A DNA stretch of 64,000 nucleotides, from positions 62,001 to 126,000 of the IMG/VR virus record IMGVR_UViG_3300035703_000010; one strand, written 5' to 3'. Under the pieces are notes generated by a model that was given only the letters and a program-made list of their open reading frames with translations, had not been told where the DNA came from and ran no database searches. Shown piece by piece: positions 20,067-28,200 of this stretch. Both the position numbers and the translations under genes were made by a program. How positions within the stretch are numbered: position 1 is the stretch's first letter; each line of letters starts with the position of its first letter.

Positions 20067-20369
20067 ATGAAGCTTACAACTACAGTATTAAAGAGAATAA
20101 TTGCAGAAGAAGTTGCCAAATTCAAGGAAGCAAAGCTATTTGGCGATATGGAATCAGTTGAAGATGTTGATGCAAAAGAAGTTGATGCAGATGAACTTGC
20201 TGATTCTCTTGAGCATCATGTAGATCATTACAAGGCTCTTGGTTTGGAAGAGGCTCGTTTAGTCAAGAGACTTTCACAGATTCAAGAAGCTAAGAAAAAG
20301 GTTGCAAAAAAAGTTGCATCAAAAAAAGCTGCATCTAAGAAGCCTGTAGAAAAAATGCCTAAAAAGTGA
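20067..20369 (+). CDS. Putative internal head/core protein (acidic middle, Lys-rich tail)
   Basis: SD GAGGG before ATG 20067. MKLTTTVLKRIIAEEVAKFKE. C-terminal KKKVAKKVASKKAASKK. Confidence 0.6.
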   Translation: MKLTTTVLKRIIAEEVAKFKEAKLFGDMESVEDVDAKEVDADELADSLEHHVDHYKALGLEEARLVKRLSQIQEAKKKVAKKVASKKAASKKPVEKMPKK

Positions 20370-20414
20370 TTGATCTATTTTATAATTTTAATTTCTTTGT
20401 AAGGAGGAAATAAT

Positions 20415-20909
20415 ATGGCTGGTCAAGGAAAATATACTGTTTATGCTCCGCCTAGTGGCGAAAAAAATACTTTGCTAGCGAAGTTATTTCCAAAATCTCC
20501 AACTGCACAGTTTGTTGGAAAAGAAGAAGATTACAGAAAAATCGTTCTTGAACAAGGAAATTTGAATCTAAAGAATGGATTACAAATGGGAGATTCATAC
20601 TTTGGAACTGGTGTGAATATGGATTTTGTAGGCTCACCGGACATCAGCAAAGGTGCTGATGGAATGTGGACAAGATCAGGAGATCCTGCAAATTCATACA
20701 CACCAGACATAACATCTCCAGGACCAGGAAAGACGGACGGGTCTGATAAAAATGAAGATCCTGGAATAAAAGCAGTCGATTTAAAGCCTACCTATGTCCC
20801 AGGTGGTCCCAATACTGGAACAAGAAATCCAGCTGAGTTTGCAAAAAAGATTGCTGCGCAAACGTTGGGTGTCGCTAATAAGATGGGATCTTCAGATTCT
20901 AACGGTTGA
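20415..20909 (+). CDS. Hypothetical protein (Gly/Pro-rich)
   Basis: Strong SD AAGGAGG. 164 aa directly upstream of the scaffold gene. Confidence 0.7.
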   Translation: MAGQGKYTVYAPPSGEKNTLLAKLFPKSPTAQFVGKEEDYRKIVLEQGNLNLKNGLQMGDSYFGTGVNMDFVGSPDISKGADGMWTRSGDPANSYTPDITSPGPGKTDGSDKNEDPGIKAVDLKPTYVPGGPNTGTRNPAEFAKKIAAQTLGVANKMGSSDSNG

Positions 20910-20926
20910 TTTTCGGAGATAATAAA

Positions 20927-22876
20927 ATGTCAAAAGAACTATACGAAGAAGCCATTGCTGATTTAAAGAAAGTAAAAGAAGTTGCAGAGGATAATGCAAA
21001 GCGTGCTATCGTTGAAGCAGTAGCTCCTCGTATAAGAGAATTGATTGAAAAAGAATTGTTAGGTGAATCCGTCGATGACCCAGAGGAAGGTATGGGCTGT
21101 GAATCTGAAGAAAAAGACGATGAGATTCTAACCGATAAGAAACCAGCTGATTCTGAACATGGTGATTCGGAGCATGACGACAAAGATTCATCTTCTTCAA
21201 AAGATGAAATGATGGGTGTAGATGAAATGACAAATGAAAATGAAGTTGTAGAAAACGTCATTTCTCCATCCATCGTTGAAGAAAAAGATGAAGTCGAAGA
21301 AAAATTACTCTACATTGAAACAATGTTGGACAAACTTTCAACATCACATATCTTTGAATCAAAGACATTTGGTCTAAGTTTAATCAGATTAAATGAGATG
21401 GTTGAAGCAATATATGGATATATCCAAGAATGTGTAGAGGATCCTAATGTCAGATTGGGATATGGATTAAAATTAAGAAAGTGTTTAAATAAACTTGAAA
21501 AACTTCAGGAGACAAAAATGAATCGAGATCTTTTAAATGAAGAAGACGTTATGTTAACAATCACAGGACTCCCAGATGATCTTGATCTTGAGGGTCTTGG
21601 AGTCACTTTACAAACCGGTGAAGAAGGAGAAGAAGCTCCTGAAGGTGAAGAAGGTGGCGAAGAAGAAGCAGAAGGAGAAGAAGCTCCTGAAGGAGATGAG
21701 GGCGGCGAAGAAGAGCTTGACCTTGACCTTGGAGGAGAATCAGAAGGCGAAGAAGAAGCAGGGAAGAAAGAAGAATCTCTTCAACTTTCTGATGACATGA
21801 TCGTTGAAATCGACGAAGGCATGCTCCGCCGTGAAATTTCTCGTATGAAAACTCTTCGTGAAGCTCATGATGAAGCTCATGATGTTCAGGCATGGGGTCA
21901 TGGAGCTGGTGATGTTTCAAGCGAGGAAGATTTTGAAGCAGACGATTTAGGAGAACCTCTTGAATTAGACCTTTCTGAGGCTCTTGCTGAACTTGATGGT
22001 GCAGCAACTCAAGGAGCTGCAACAGAACTTGAAGATTATACAGCTGAAGCTAAACCATCTTTAGATAAAGAAGAAGTCGAAGAAATGTATGAAGAAGTCG
22101 ATGAAGAAGTCGATGAAGAAGTCGATGAAGCTTCATGCGATGAAGAAGATTCTCAACATGAAGTTGATGAAGAGCTTGAAGAAATGATGGGTCAGGCATA
22201 TGATGAATCTGACAAGCAGCATTCTTCTGCTTCTCAACCTAACAGACAAACAAGAGAATCAATTCGTTCTGAAATGGCTAAGGAGCTCAAGCTACAAGAG
22301 TCACTTCGCGGACGAGCTGCTCAATTAAAGAAGCTTTATGAATCTTCAAAGAAAGCTTCTTCAAAGGCTTCTACAATTCTTGAAAGAAAAGAAGCTTCTC
22401 ATAAGGAAGCTCAAGTCAAGAAAGCATATGCTGAAACAGCAGATCGTTACAATGCTTCTGTAACACGATTTAACAAACTTTCACAAACCTTAGAAGAAGG
22501 TTTAACAAAGAACGTTCGCTCAAATAGCGATGTAAACCCTGTCGCTAGCACAGGTTCTGATACGCTACGCAAGAAGTTGGCAGAAACGAATCTGCTCAAC
22601 GCAAAGCTTCTCTTTACGAATAAGCTTCTTCAAACAGAGTCGCTCACTGCTCGCCAAAAGGCACAGATAATTGAGCAACTTGATTCAGCTGAAACAATTC
22701 GTGAAGCTAAGCTTGTGTACGAGAGCCTCTCAAAGGCTTTAATGAAGACTCGTACAACTGTGACAGAAGGCCGAATCCTCGGATCATCTTCACAAGCAAC
22801 ACGTCCTGCTTCAACCCAAACACTCAACGAAGGCATTGAAGCAGAGCGTTGGGCAAGACTCGCAGGCATCAAGTGA
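20927..22876 (+). CDS. Prohead core scaffolding protein (T4 gp22-like position)
   Basis: Very acidic coiled coil directly upstream of the MCP. Starts MSKELYEEAIADLKKVKEVAEDNAK, ends LAETNLLNAKLLFTNKL...RWARLAGIK. SD GGAG before ATG 20927. Confidence 0.8.
   Translation: MSKELYEEAIADLKKVKEVAEDNAKRAIVEAVAPRIRELIEKELLGESVDDPEEGMGCESEEKDDEILTDKKPADSEHGDSEHDDKDSSSSKDEMMGVDEMTNENEVVENVISPSIVEEKDEVEEKLLYIETMLDKLSTSHIFESKTFGLSLIRLNEMVEAIYGYIQECVEDPNVRLGYGLKLRKCLNKLEKLQETKMNRDLLNEEDVMLTITGLPDDLDLEGLGVTLQTGEEGEEAPEGEEGGEEEAEGEEAPEGDEGGEEELDLDLGGESEGEEEAGKKEESLQLSDDMIVEIDEGMLRREISRMKTLREAHDEAHDVQAWGHGAGDVSSEEDFEADDLGEPLELDLSEALAELDGAATQGAATELEDYTAEAKPSLDKEEVEEMYEEVDEEVDEEVDEASCDEEDSQHEVDEELEEMMGQAYDESDKQHSSASQPNRQTRESIRSEMAKELKLQESLRGRAAQLKKLYESSKKASSKASTILERKEASHKEAQVKKAYAETADRYNASVTRFNKLSQTLEEGLTKNVRSNSDVNPVASTGSDTLRKKLAETNLLNAKLLFTNKLLQTESLTARQKAQIIEQLDSAETIREAKLVYESLSKALMKTRTTVTEGRILGSSSQATRPASTQTLNEGIEAERWARLAGIK
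22091..22126 (+). repeat. Tandem 12-bp coding repeat (GAAGAAGTCGAT)x3 encoding EEVD x3
   Basis: Read directly within the scaffold gene. Confidence 0.9.
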
Positions 22877-22886
22877 TCCTCGAGTA

Positions 22887-22909
22887 AACAACTTTTTTAA
22901 CAACTTTTT
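22887..22909 (+). repeat. Tandem direct repeat AACAACTTTTT(T) x2 in the scaffold-MCP spacer
   Basis: 22887-22898 AACAACTTTTTT and 22899-22909 AACAACTTTTT, just upstream of the MCP SD (AGGAG). Confidence 0.8.
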
Positions 22910-22932
22910 GTACACGTATAGGAGATACAACA

Positions 22933-24825
22933 ATGAAGACTTTTACAATTGAACAACTTTCACAAGGCATTCGCGAAAAGCACGTCGGTGCCGAGCGTGC
23001 CCGTTTAACAGAAAAGTGGAGCCGCACAGGACTCCTCCGTGGCCTTGATGGTCAACGCCGCGAGATGATGGCACAACTTCTTGAAAACCAAGCAGCACAA
23101 GTCCTCAAGGAGAGCTCAGCTCTTTCTTCAGGCGGTGGAAACGTAACATCATCTGGACAAATCCAAGGCTTCTCTAACATCGCCTTCCCAATTGTCCGCC
23201 GAGTGTTCGGTGGCCTCGTCGCCAACGAGCTCGTTTCTATCCAACCAATGAGCCTTCCATCAGGTCTAATCTTCTACCTTGATTACACATATGGAACCAA
23301 CGTTGGTCAAGCAGCTGGACAAACCTCTGAGGCTACATACTCCAGAGGAACATCCATCTACAACAACCCAACCGGCCGCGGAGTCCAATCAGGATCTCTT
23401 GCAACTGGTGGTATGTACGACCTCGTTGGAACAGGTTACTCAAAGGTAACAGGTTCTCTTACAGCAGTCAACTTCGCTGCAGCTTCAGTTTACTCAGGAT
23501 CATGGGGCGGTGCAGATGGCTTAACATGGACAGACGGCTTAGTTCTTGGAACAGGAACAAGCTTCAGCGGTTCAAATGCTCGTTTAATGGACTTCGATAG
23601 CCAAGTTGAGACAGCACTCACAAACAACGATCTAGACGCACTCTTCGTCTATCTTCCAACAAGCGCATTAACCGGTGCTGATTTACTTGCAGTTGACCAA
23701 ATCGCTGTTTTCAGCGGCTTCGGTGCAAACGCAACAGCATGGGGAGATTCTTACCAAGGTGGAAGCGGCGTTCTCAACCTTCGTCGCCTCAACAAGCGTG
23801 GAACTCTTACAGGAACAGGAACATCATTGAAGTTCGTACCAGACGCACTCAATGGTAACTATGTCCAATTCGTTCTTAAGGGAGCAAACGGACTTTCTGC
23901 TCTCACATCAGCAACAGGTCGCGTTACCTTCGTCAAGTCTGATACAGTCTCTGCTCTTGGCGGAGACGGTGCAGGAGCCGGTGCAACACTCACAGTTCCT
24001 TCATTCGAATCTGATTTCGGAACGACACCATCTCCAGCAATCCCAGAGATTGACATCAAGATTGAGTCGCTCGCAATCACTGCAACAACCCGCAAGCTAC
24101 GTGCTCGCTGGTCACCAGAACTCGCACAAGACCTCAATGCATACCATTCAATGGATGCAGAGGTTGAGCTCACCTCAATCCTCTCAGAGCAAATCGCTCT
24201 TGAGATCGACCGCGAGATCCTCAATGACCTCGTTACACAAGCCAACGGCGCAAACTACTACTGGTCACGCGCTCCAGGCAAGTTCGTCAACAAGGTAACA
24301 GGAGCACCAGTTACTCTCGCATCTTCACTCTCTATCGGACCGGCCTTCACAGGTACAGTTCGCGAGTGGTACGAGACACTCGTTGAGACAATCATCGACG
24401 TTGCAAACACCATCCACCGCAAGACACTCCGCGGAAGTGCAAACTTCCTCGTCTGCGGTCCAGATGTTGCGACAGTCCTTGAATCATCTGTTCTCTACAA
24501 GCCAAAGTTCTCCATCGATGGTGAAGGACAAGTTGCTTCTCCATTCACAATCGGTGCAGAGGCAATCGGTTCACTCAGCAACCGCTTCACAGTCTACAAG
24601 GATCCTTACTTCGTTCGTAACAAGATCCTCGTCGGCTACAAGGGCGGCAGCTACCTCGAGACAGGCTACGTCTACGCACCATACGTTCCACTCATCGTGA
24701 CACCAACAATCTTCGCACCAGAAGACTTCACACCACGTAAGGGCGTGATGACTCGCTACGGTAAGAAGATGGTTCGCTCCGACTTCTTCGGAACAGTCAC
24801 TTGCTTGGACATGAACATCATCTGA
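22933..24825 (+). CDS. gp23: Major capsid protein (T4 gp23-like)
   Basis: FPIVRRVFGGLVANELVSIQPMSLPSGLIFYL, ATTRKLRARWSPELAQDLNAYHSMDAEVELTSILSEQIALEIDREIL, YAPYVPL, GVMTRYG. Confidence 0.97.
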   Translation: MKTFTIEQLSQGIREKHVGAERARLTEKWSRTGLLRGLDGQRREMMAQLLENQAAQVLKESSALSSGGGNVTSSGQIQGFSNIAFPIVRRVFGGLVANELVSIQPMSLPSGLIFYLDYTYGTNVGQAAGQTSEATYSRGTSIYNNPTGRGVQSGSLATGGMYDLVGTGYSKVTGSLTAVNFAAASVYSGSWGGADGLTWTDGLVLGTGTSFSGSNARLMDFDSQVETALTNNDLDALFVYLPTSALTGADLLAVDQIAVFSGFGANATAWGDSYQGGSGVLNLRRLNKRGTLTGTGTSLKFVPDALNGNYVQFVLKGANGLSALTSATGRVTFVKSDTVSALGGDGAGAGATLTVPSFESDFGTTPSPAIPEIDIKIESLAITATTRKLRARWSPELAQDLNAYHSMDAEVELTSILSEQIALEIDREILNDLVTQANGANYYWSRAPGKFVNKVTGAPVTLASSLSIGPAFTGTVREWYETLVETIIDVANTIHRKTLRGSANFLVCGPDVATVLESSVLYKPKFSIDGEGQVASPFTIGAEAIGSLSNRFTVYKDPYFVRNKILVGYKGGSYLETGYVYAPYVPLIVTPTIFAPEDFTPRKGVMTRYGKKMVRSDFFGTVTCLDMNII

Positions 24826-24851
24826 TAGTCGGAAACGACAATCTTTGATAG

Positions 24852-24886
24852 GAAAGGCCTTCGAAAGAAGGCCTTTCTTGTTTTTG
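24852..24886 (+). terminator. Rho-independent terminator after the MCP
   Basis: Perfect 11-bp stem GAAAGGCCTTC / GAAGGCCTTTC, GAAA loop, then TTGTTTTTG. Confidence 0.9.
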
Positions 24887-24983
24887 TTTGTAATAAACAT
24901 GCAATAATATAAATTGCATGTCTTTAGAATATTAAATCGTAGATTTATCTTGATGTTGTTATCACTAGAAGATATATAGTTTT

Positions 24984-25316
24984 ATGAAGAATCTTCGAGA
25001 TATTGTTGAAGAAAAGCGTTTGCGTCAAATTATAAAAGAAGAAATAGAATCTTTGAAGTTAACAGAGCAGACAGACACTGAATTAAATCGTTTTGTGAAA
25101 GACTTTGAAAGCGTCATTAGAAGCAGTGATTTTAAATCTAAGATTAGACCTGCAATATTACATATTTTTTCTGATGATCCTAAAGATGCGAAGCCTATTG
25201 ATTTTCAAGCATTAGGACATGTGTTATTTGATTTGATGAAGAGCCCTAATGAATCAGACATCAACGATATATGCAATTTATTGAAAAACTTAGCAAGAGA
25301 GCGTAAGCGAAGATAA
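24984..25316 (+). CDS. Putative internal head protein
   Basis: Starts MKNLRDIVEEKRLRQIIKEEIESLKLTE, with the shared amphipathic L..II.EE motif. Confidence 0.55.
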   Translation: MKNLRDIVEEKRLRQIIKEEIESLKLTEQTDTELNRFVKDFESVIRSSDFKSKIRPAILHIFSDDPKDAKPIDFQALGHVLFDLMKSPNESDINDICNLLKNLARERKRR

Positions 25317-25352
25317 GTTTTATCTTGTTATTCCTTAGCCTATAGTCAATAT

Positions 25353-25679
25353 GTGAAACGTCGCAGAACGTATGGTCAAGTCAAATTAAAGAAAGATCTA
25401 TGCGAAATTTGTAGCTGTGATCGATCTGCTGCATTGAACATACATCATATTATTCCAAGATGCGATCCTCGATGTTCAAATGACAACCACAACCTCGCTG
25501 TCGTTTGTCACACGTGTCACGACCTAATCCATGCAGGCGAAATTACAATTATTGGCGTTTATTCTTCTACGGGAGGAAGAAAGCTAATGTGGTTCCGTGA
25601 AGGAGAAGATCCTCCATTAGACAAGGAGTTCTGGAAGGTCAAAGAAAATCCTTTAGTATTAAGACGTAGGAAACATTAA
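25353..25679 (+). CDS. HNH endonuclease
   Basis: CEIC...IHHIIPR...NDNHNLAVVCHTCHDLIH. GTG start. Confidence 0.85.
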   Translation: MKRRRTYGQVKLKKDLCEICSCDRSAALNIHHIIPRCDPRCSNDNHNLAVVCHTCHDLIHAGEITIIGVYSSTGGRKLMWFREGEDPPLDKEFWKVKENPLVLRRRKH

Positions 25680-25720
25680 TCTTTTTTATAATTTTTTTGT
25701 GAAGGAAATATAATTGTTCT

Positions 25721-27184
25721 ATGTCAACAAGAAAAAGTGATTTTCTAAAAAGAGTTACGATCTTTTCATGTCTGCTGGGAACTTTGGTTTATGGTTGCGT
25801 TAGACCAAATCCAAATAAATTAGCAGGAGATACGTCTGCTGTTTTTAATGATTGTCCGACACCCTCAGACGTCGTTACAACCGTTGATGTTGTAACAGGA
25901 ACAACAACTGCTGGTGTTGAATCATCATCTAGTAAGACGTCAGGAATTTCAGCTGTTTCTACTGGTTCTGGTGAACAGAAACAAGAAGAGACCGAACTTG
26001 ATAATAGAGAGCTAGACTATTCAGAAGCTCTTCGCACTGCCAGCTTTTTAATAGTCGGAGATTCTCCTACTCTTTTTGAGATTTATGAATTAGGAGATCT
26101 TCCGCTAGATCAAAAAAAGCAAAAGTATGAAGAGTTAATTGATTCTAAGTTATCTGATCCAAGATTTGCTGATACGTTAGTTGAATTTTTTAAGTACACT
26201 TTTAAGATGGGTGGTGCTGCAACGACACCAGGAGAACCGACAAGAGACACTGCACCGACTTTTGCAGCAAGGACTGTTTATGAAGAAAAAGATTGGAGAA
26301 ACATTTTAACTCAAGATTCTAATACATGTCCTACATACAATCCTATGACAAAAGTATTTTCAGACGGAGATTGCAATAATCTTCCTGCTGGAATGAAACA
26401 TTCGGGAATTCTCACAGACCCCGGCGCACAAAGCTTATATTACGGTAATTTATCTTTTAGAAGAAATCGTTTCTATCATGAAACTTTTCTGTGTTTGTCC
26501 GGTAACGAACAAGCCGGTGGAGAACCGACTGATCAGCCACCTGTTGTATCACCTTGTAGTGGAGTAGATCCTATACCCGGATATCAAAATAAATGGCCTG
26601 TTAATGAAATTGCAGGAGAATGCAACGGTGGTAGAGTAGATTTTCATGCGTATAACACGAGCAACGTTTGTGCAAATTGCCATGCAACGTGGAATCATCG
26701 TTCACCTTTATTCAGTCAATTCGATTCTAGAGGAATTTTTCAACCATTGACGCCATCTGGAGAATATTCTGTATTTGTTCCAGTTGAAGGATCTCCTAGA
26801 GCAAAAATGTCAGATTGGTTGTGCGTAGATCCTGTTAAATGCCCTAATGGAGGAAACAATTTTACTGCATGGAAAAAAACTATGAAAGTTGATGGAGTTG
26901 AAGTTCCTGCTTTTGCATCAACTATTAATGAGTTAGGATCTCAAATGGCTAAAGATGATGAAGTCATTGAATGTGCGGTCAAAAGAATTTGGAATTATTC
27001 CATGGGCCGTGCTGACATAACTGAGATAGGCGGTAGAAGTTGGGTAAACTTACCTGATCGAAAAGATAAAAATGAAGAATTAATGACTATGAGCAAGTTA
27101 GTTTCTCAGTTTAAAGGAAATGGATACAACTTGAAGAAAGTTTTTAGAACAATTTTGGTATCGGATGACTTCACGAGGTTTTAA
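25721..27184 (+). CDS. Exported Cys-rich (lipo)protein with DUF1592/DUF1588/DUF1585-like domains and one CxxCH motif
   Basis: Signal peptide ending LVYG-C, Ser/Thr linker, ALRTASFLIVGDSPT...LSDPRF, HSGILTDP...RRNRF...TFLC, CANCH...PLFSQFDSRG, C-terminal ECAVKRIWNYSMGR...FKGNGYNLKKVFRTILVSDDF. Confidence 0.7.
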   Translation: MSTRKSDFLKRVTIFSCLLGTLVYGCVRPNPNKLAGDTSAVFNDCPTPSDVVTTVDVVTGTTTAGVESSSSKTSGISAVSTGSGEQKQEETELDNRELDYSEALRTASFLIVGDSPTLFEIYELGDLPLDQKKQKYEELIDSKLSDPRFADTLVEFFKYTFKMGGAATTPGEPTRDTAPTFAARTVYEEKDWRNILTQDSNTCPTYNPMTKVFSDGDCNNLPAGMKHSGILTDPGAQSLYYGNLSFRRNRFYHETFLCLSGNEQAGGEPTDQPPVVSPCSGVDPIPGYQNKWPVNEIAGECNGGRVDFHAYNTSNVCANCHATWNHRSPLFSQFDSRGIFQPLTPSGEYSVFVPVEGSPRAKMSDWLCVDPVKCPNGGNNFTAWKKTMKVDGVEVPAFASTINELGSQMAKDDEVIECAVKRIWNYSMGRADITEIGGRSWVNLPDRKDKNEELMTMSKLVSQFKGNGYNLKKVFRTILVSDDFTRF

Positions 27185-27185
27185 G

Positions 27186-28187
27186 ATGAAAATGCTGAAC
27201 AACAAATTTCTAAGTACATTAACGTTATTATTTATTGTTTCATGTGGTTCCGATGCTGCTGATATAAATGAAGGAGATTGTGAACAGCAAAAACAAAGTT
27301 CTTCAACTTTGTCTTCTCAGTCTTCTTCTGTAACTTCTTCTGTAACTTCAGGCGGAGGTGAGAAACAAGATCAACCTGTTTCTACAGCAGGTGCTGGAGG
27401 ATCTTCTCAATTACCTTCATACGATGTACCAACTCCTGATGAAATATCTTCTAGATTGCATTCATGTCATAAACTTTCTTATTCTCAGCTTGGAAACTTC
27501 TTAAGAGCTCGAGGAGCAGCGATTCCGTTTGGTAGCGTTTCAGATGTTAGAACTACTCAAGTTTCAGTGTTCGGAATGACTCAAACATTAGGATCTATAT
27601 TCGGCGGAAGCGGAGCGTCATGTGAGATGGCTGTTACTGTAGCAAATGGAACAAACGATCCTATTTGCCAAGGAAATGAAGTTTGTTTTTGCAACCAAGA
27701 CGATAAGATGAATCAAGTTAATCGTAGCTGTCTAGACGTAGGAAATAACTCTCCTGATGCCGCAGATGGATATTGCGTCGCAAAACCTGCTACTGCAGGT
27801 TATTTGTACTTTACTGGTAAAGATGCATTAGGAGTTCCTAAATTAGATTCTAGATTAGGAGAGAAAGATGAACATACGACTGCATCTGCAATGAGGTTGA
27901 TGGATATTTTCATTCAATCAGCGCCACAAATTATTGCAAATATTAGCGATCCTTCTAAAGCTCCTGCATGTACATTAAATGGTAAAAACAAACCGATGTT
28001 TGCTGCTGATGGAAGTTGTATAGAGGAATCAGTAAGCTGTTTGATAGGAATTCCAGCTACTGAAGATCATATGCTTCTTTGTAATTTATTGGTTGGAAAA
28101 GCTAATTCAAATGATGCGACTGATGTAATGAAAAAAAGAAATATCGCAGTATCTGTTTTGTTGTCTGCAGCACATTCATGTCAATGA
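27186..28187 (+). CDS. Cys-rich lipoprotein of the same module
   Basis: SD GAGG before ATG 27186. MKMLNNKFLSTLTLLFIVS-C lipobox, Ser/Gly-rich linker (SSSVTSSVTSGGG...GAGGSS), many paired Cys. Confidence 0.7.
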   Translation: MKMLNNKFLSTLTLLFIVSCGSDAADINEGDCEQQKQSSSTLSSQSSSVTSSVTSGGGEKQDQPVSTAGAGGSSQLPSYDVPTPDEISSRLHSCHKLSYSQLGNFLRARGAAIPFGSVSDVRTTQVSVFGMTQTLGSIFGGSGASCEMAVTVANGTNDPICQGNEVCFCNQDDKMNQVNRSCLDVGNNSPDAADGYCVAKPATAGYLYFTGKDALGVPKLDSRLGEKDEHTTASAMRLMDIFIQSAPQIIANISDPSKAPACTLNGKNKPMFAADGSCIEESVSCLIGIPATEDHMLLCNLLVGKANSNDATDVMKKRNIAVSVLLSAAHSCQ

Positions 28188-28200
28188 AGGAAAATAAAAA

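Noticed and set aside
22091-22126. EEVD repeats as an Hsp70/Hsp90 TPR-binding mimic
   Set aside because: The motif is internal rather than C-terminal and is explained by acidic low-complexity expansion in a scaffold.
17014-24900. Alternative-frame and antisense ORFs in the portal, scaffold and MCP (e.g. 17014..17295, 20899..21273, 21603..22022, 23852..24298, 24383..24700)
   Set aside because: Shadow ORFs caused by biased codon usage of the real genes; no SD sites or motifs.
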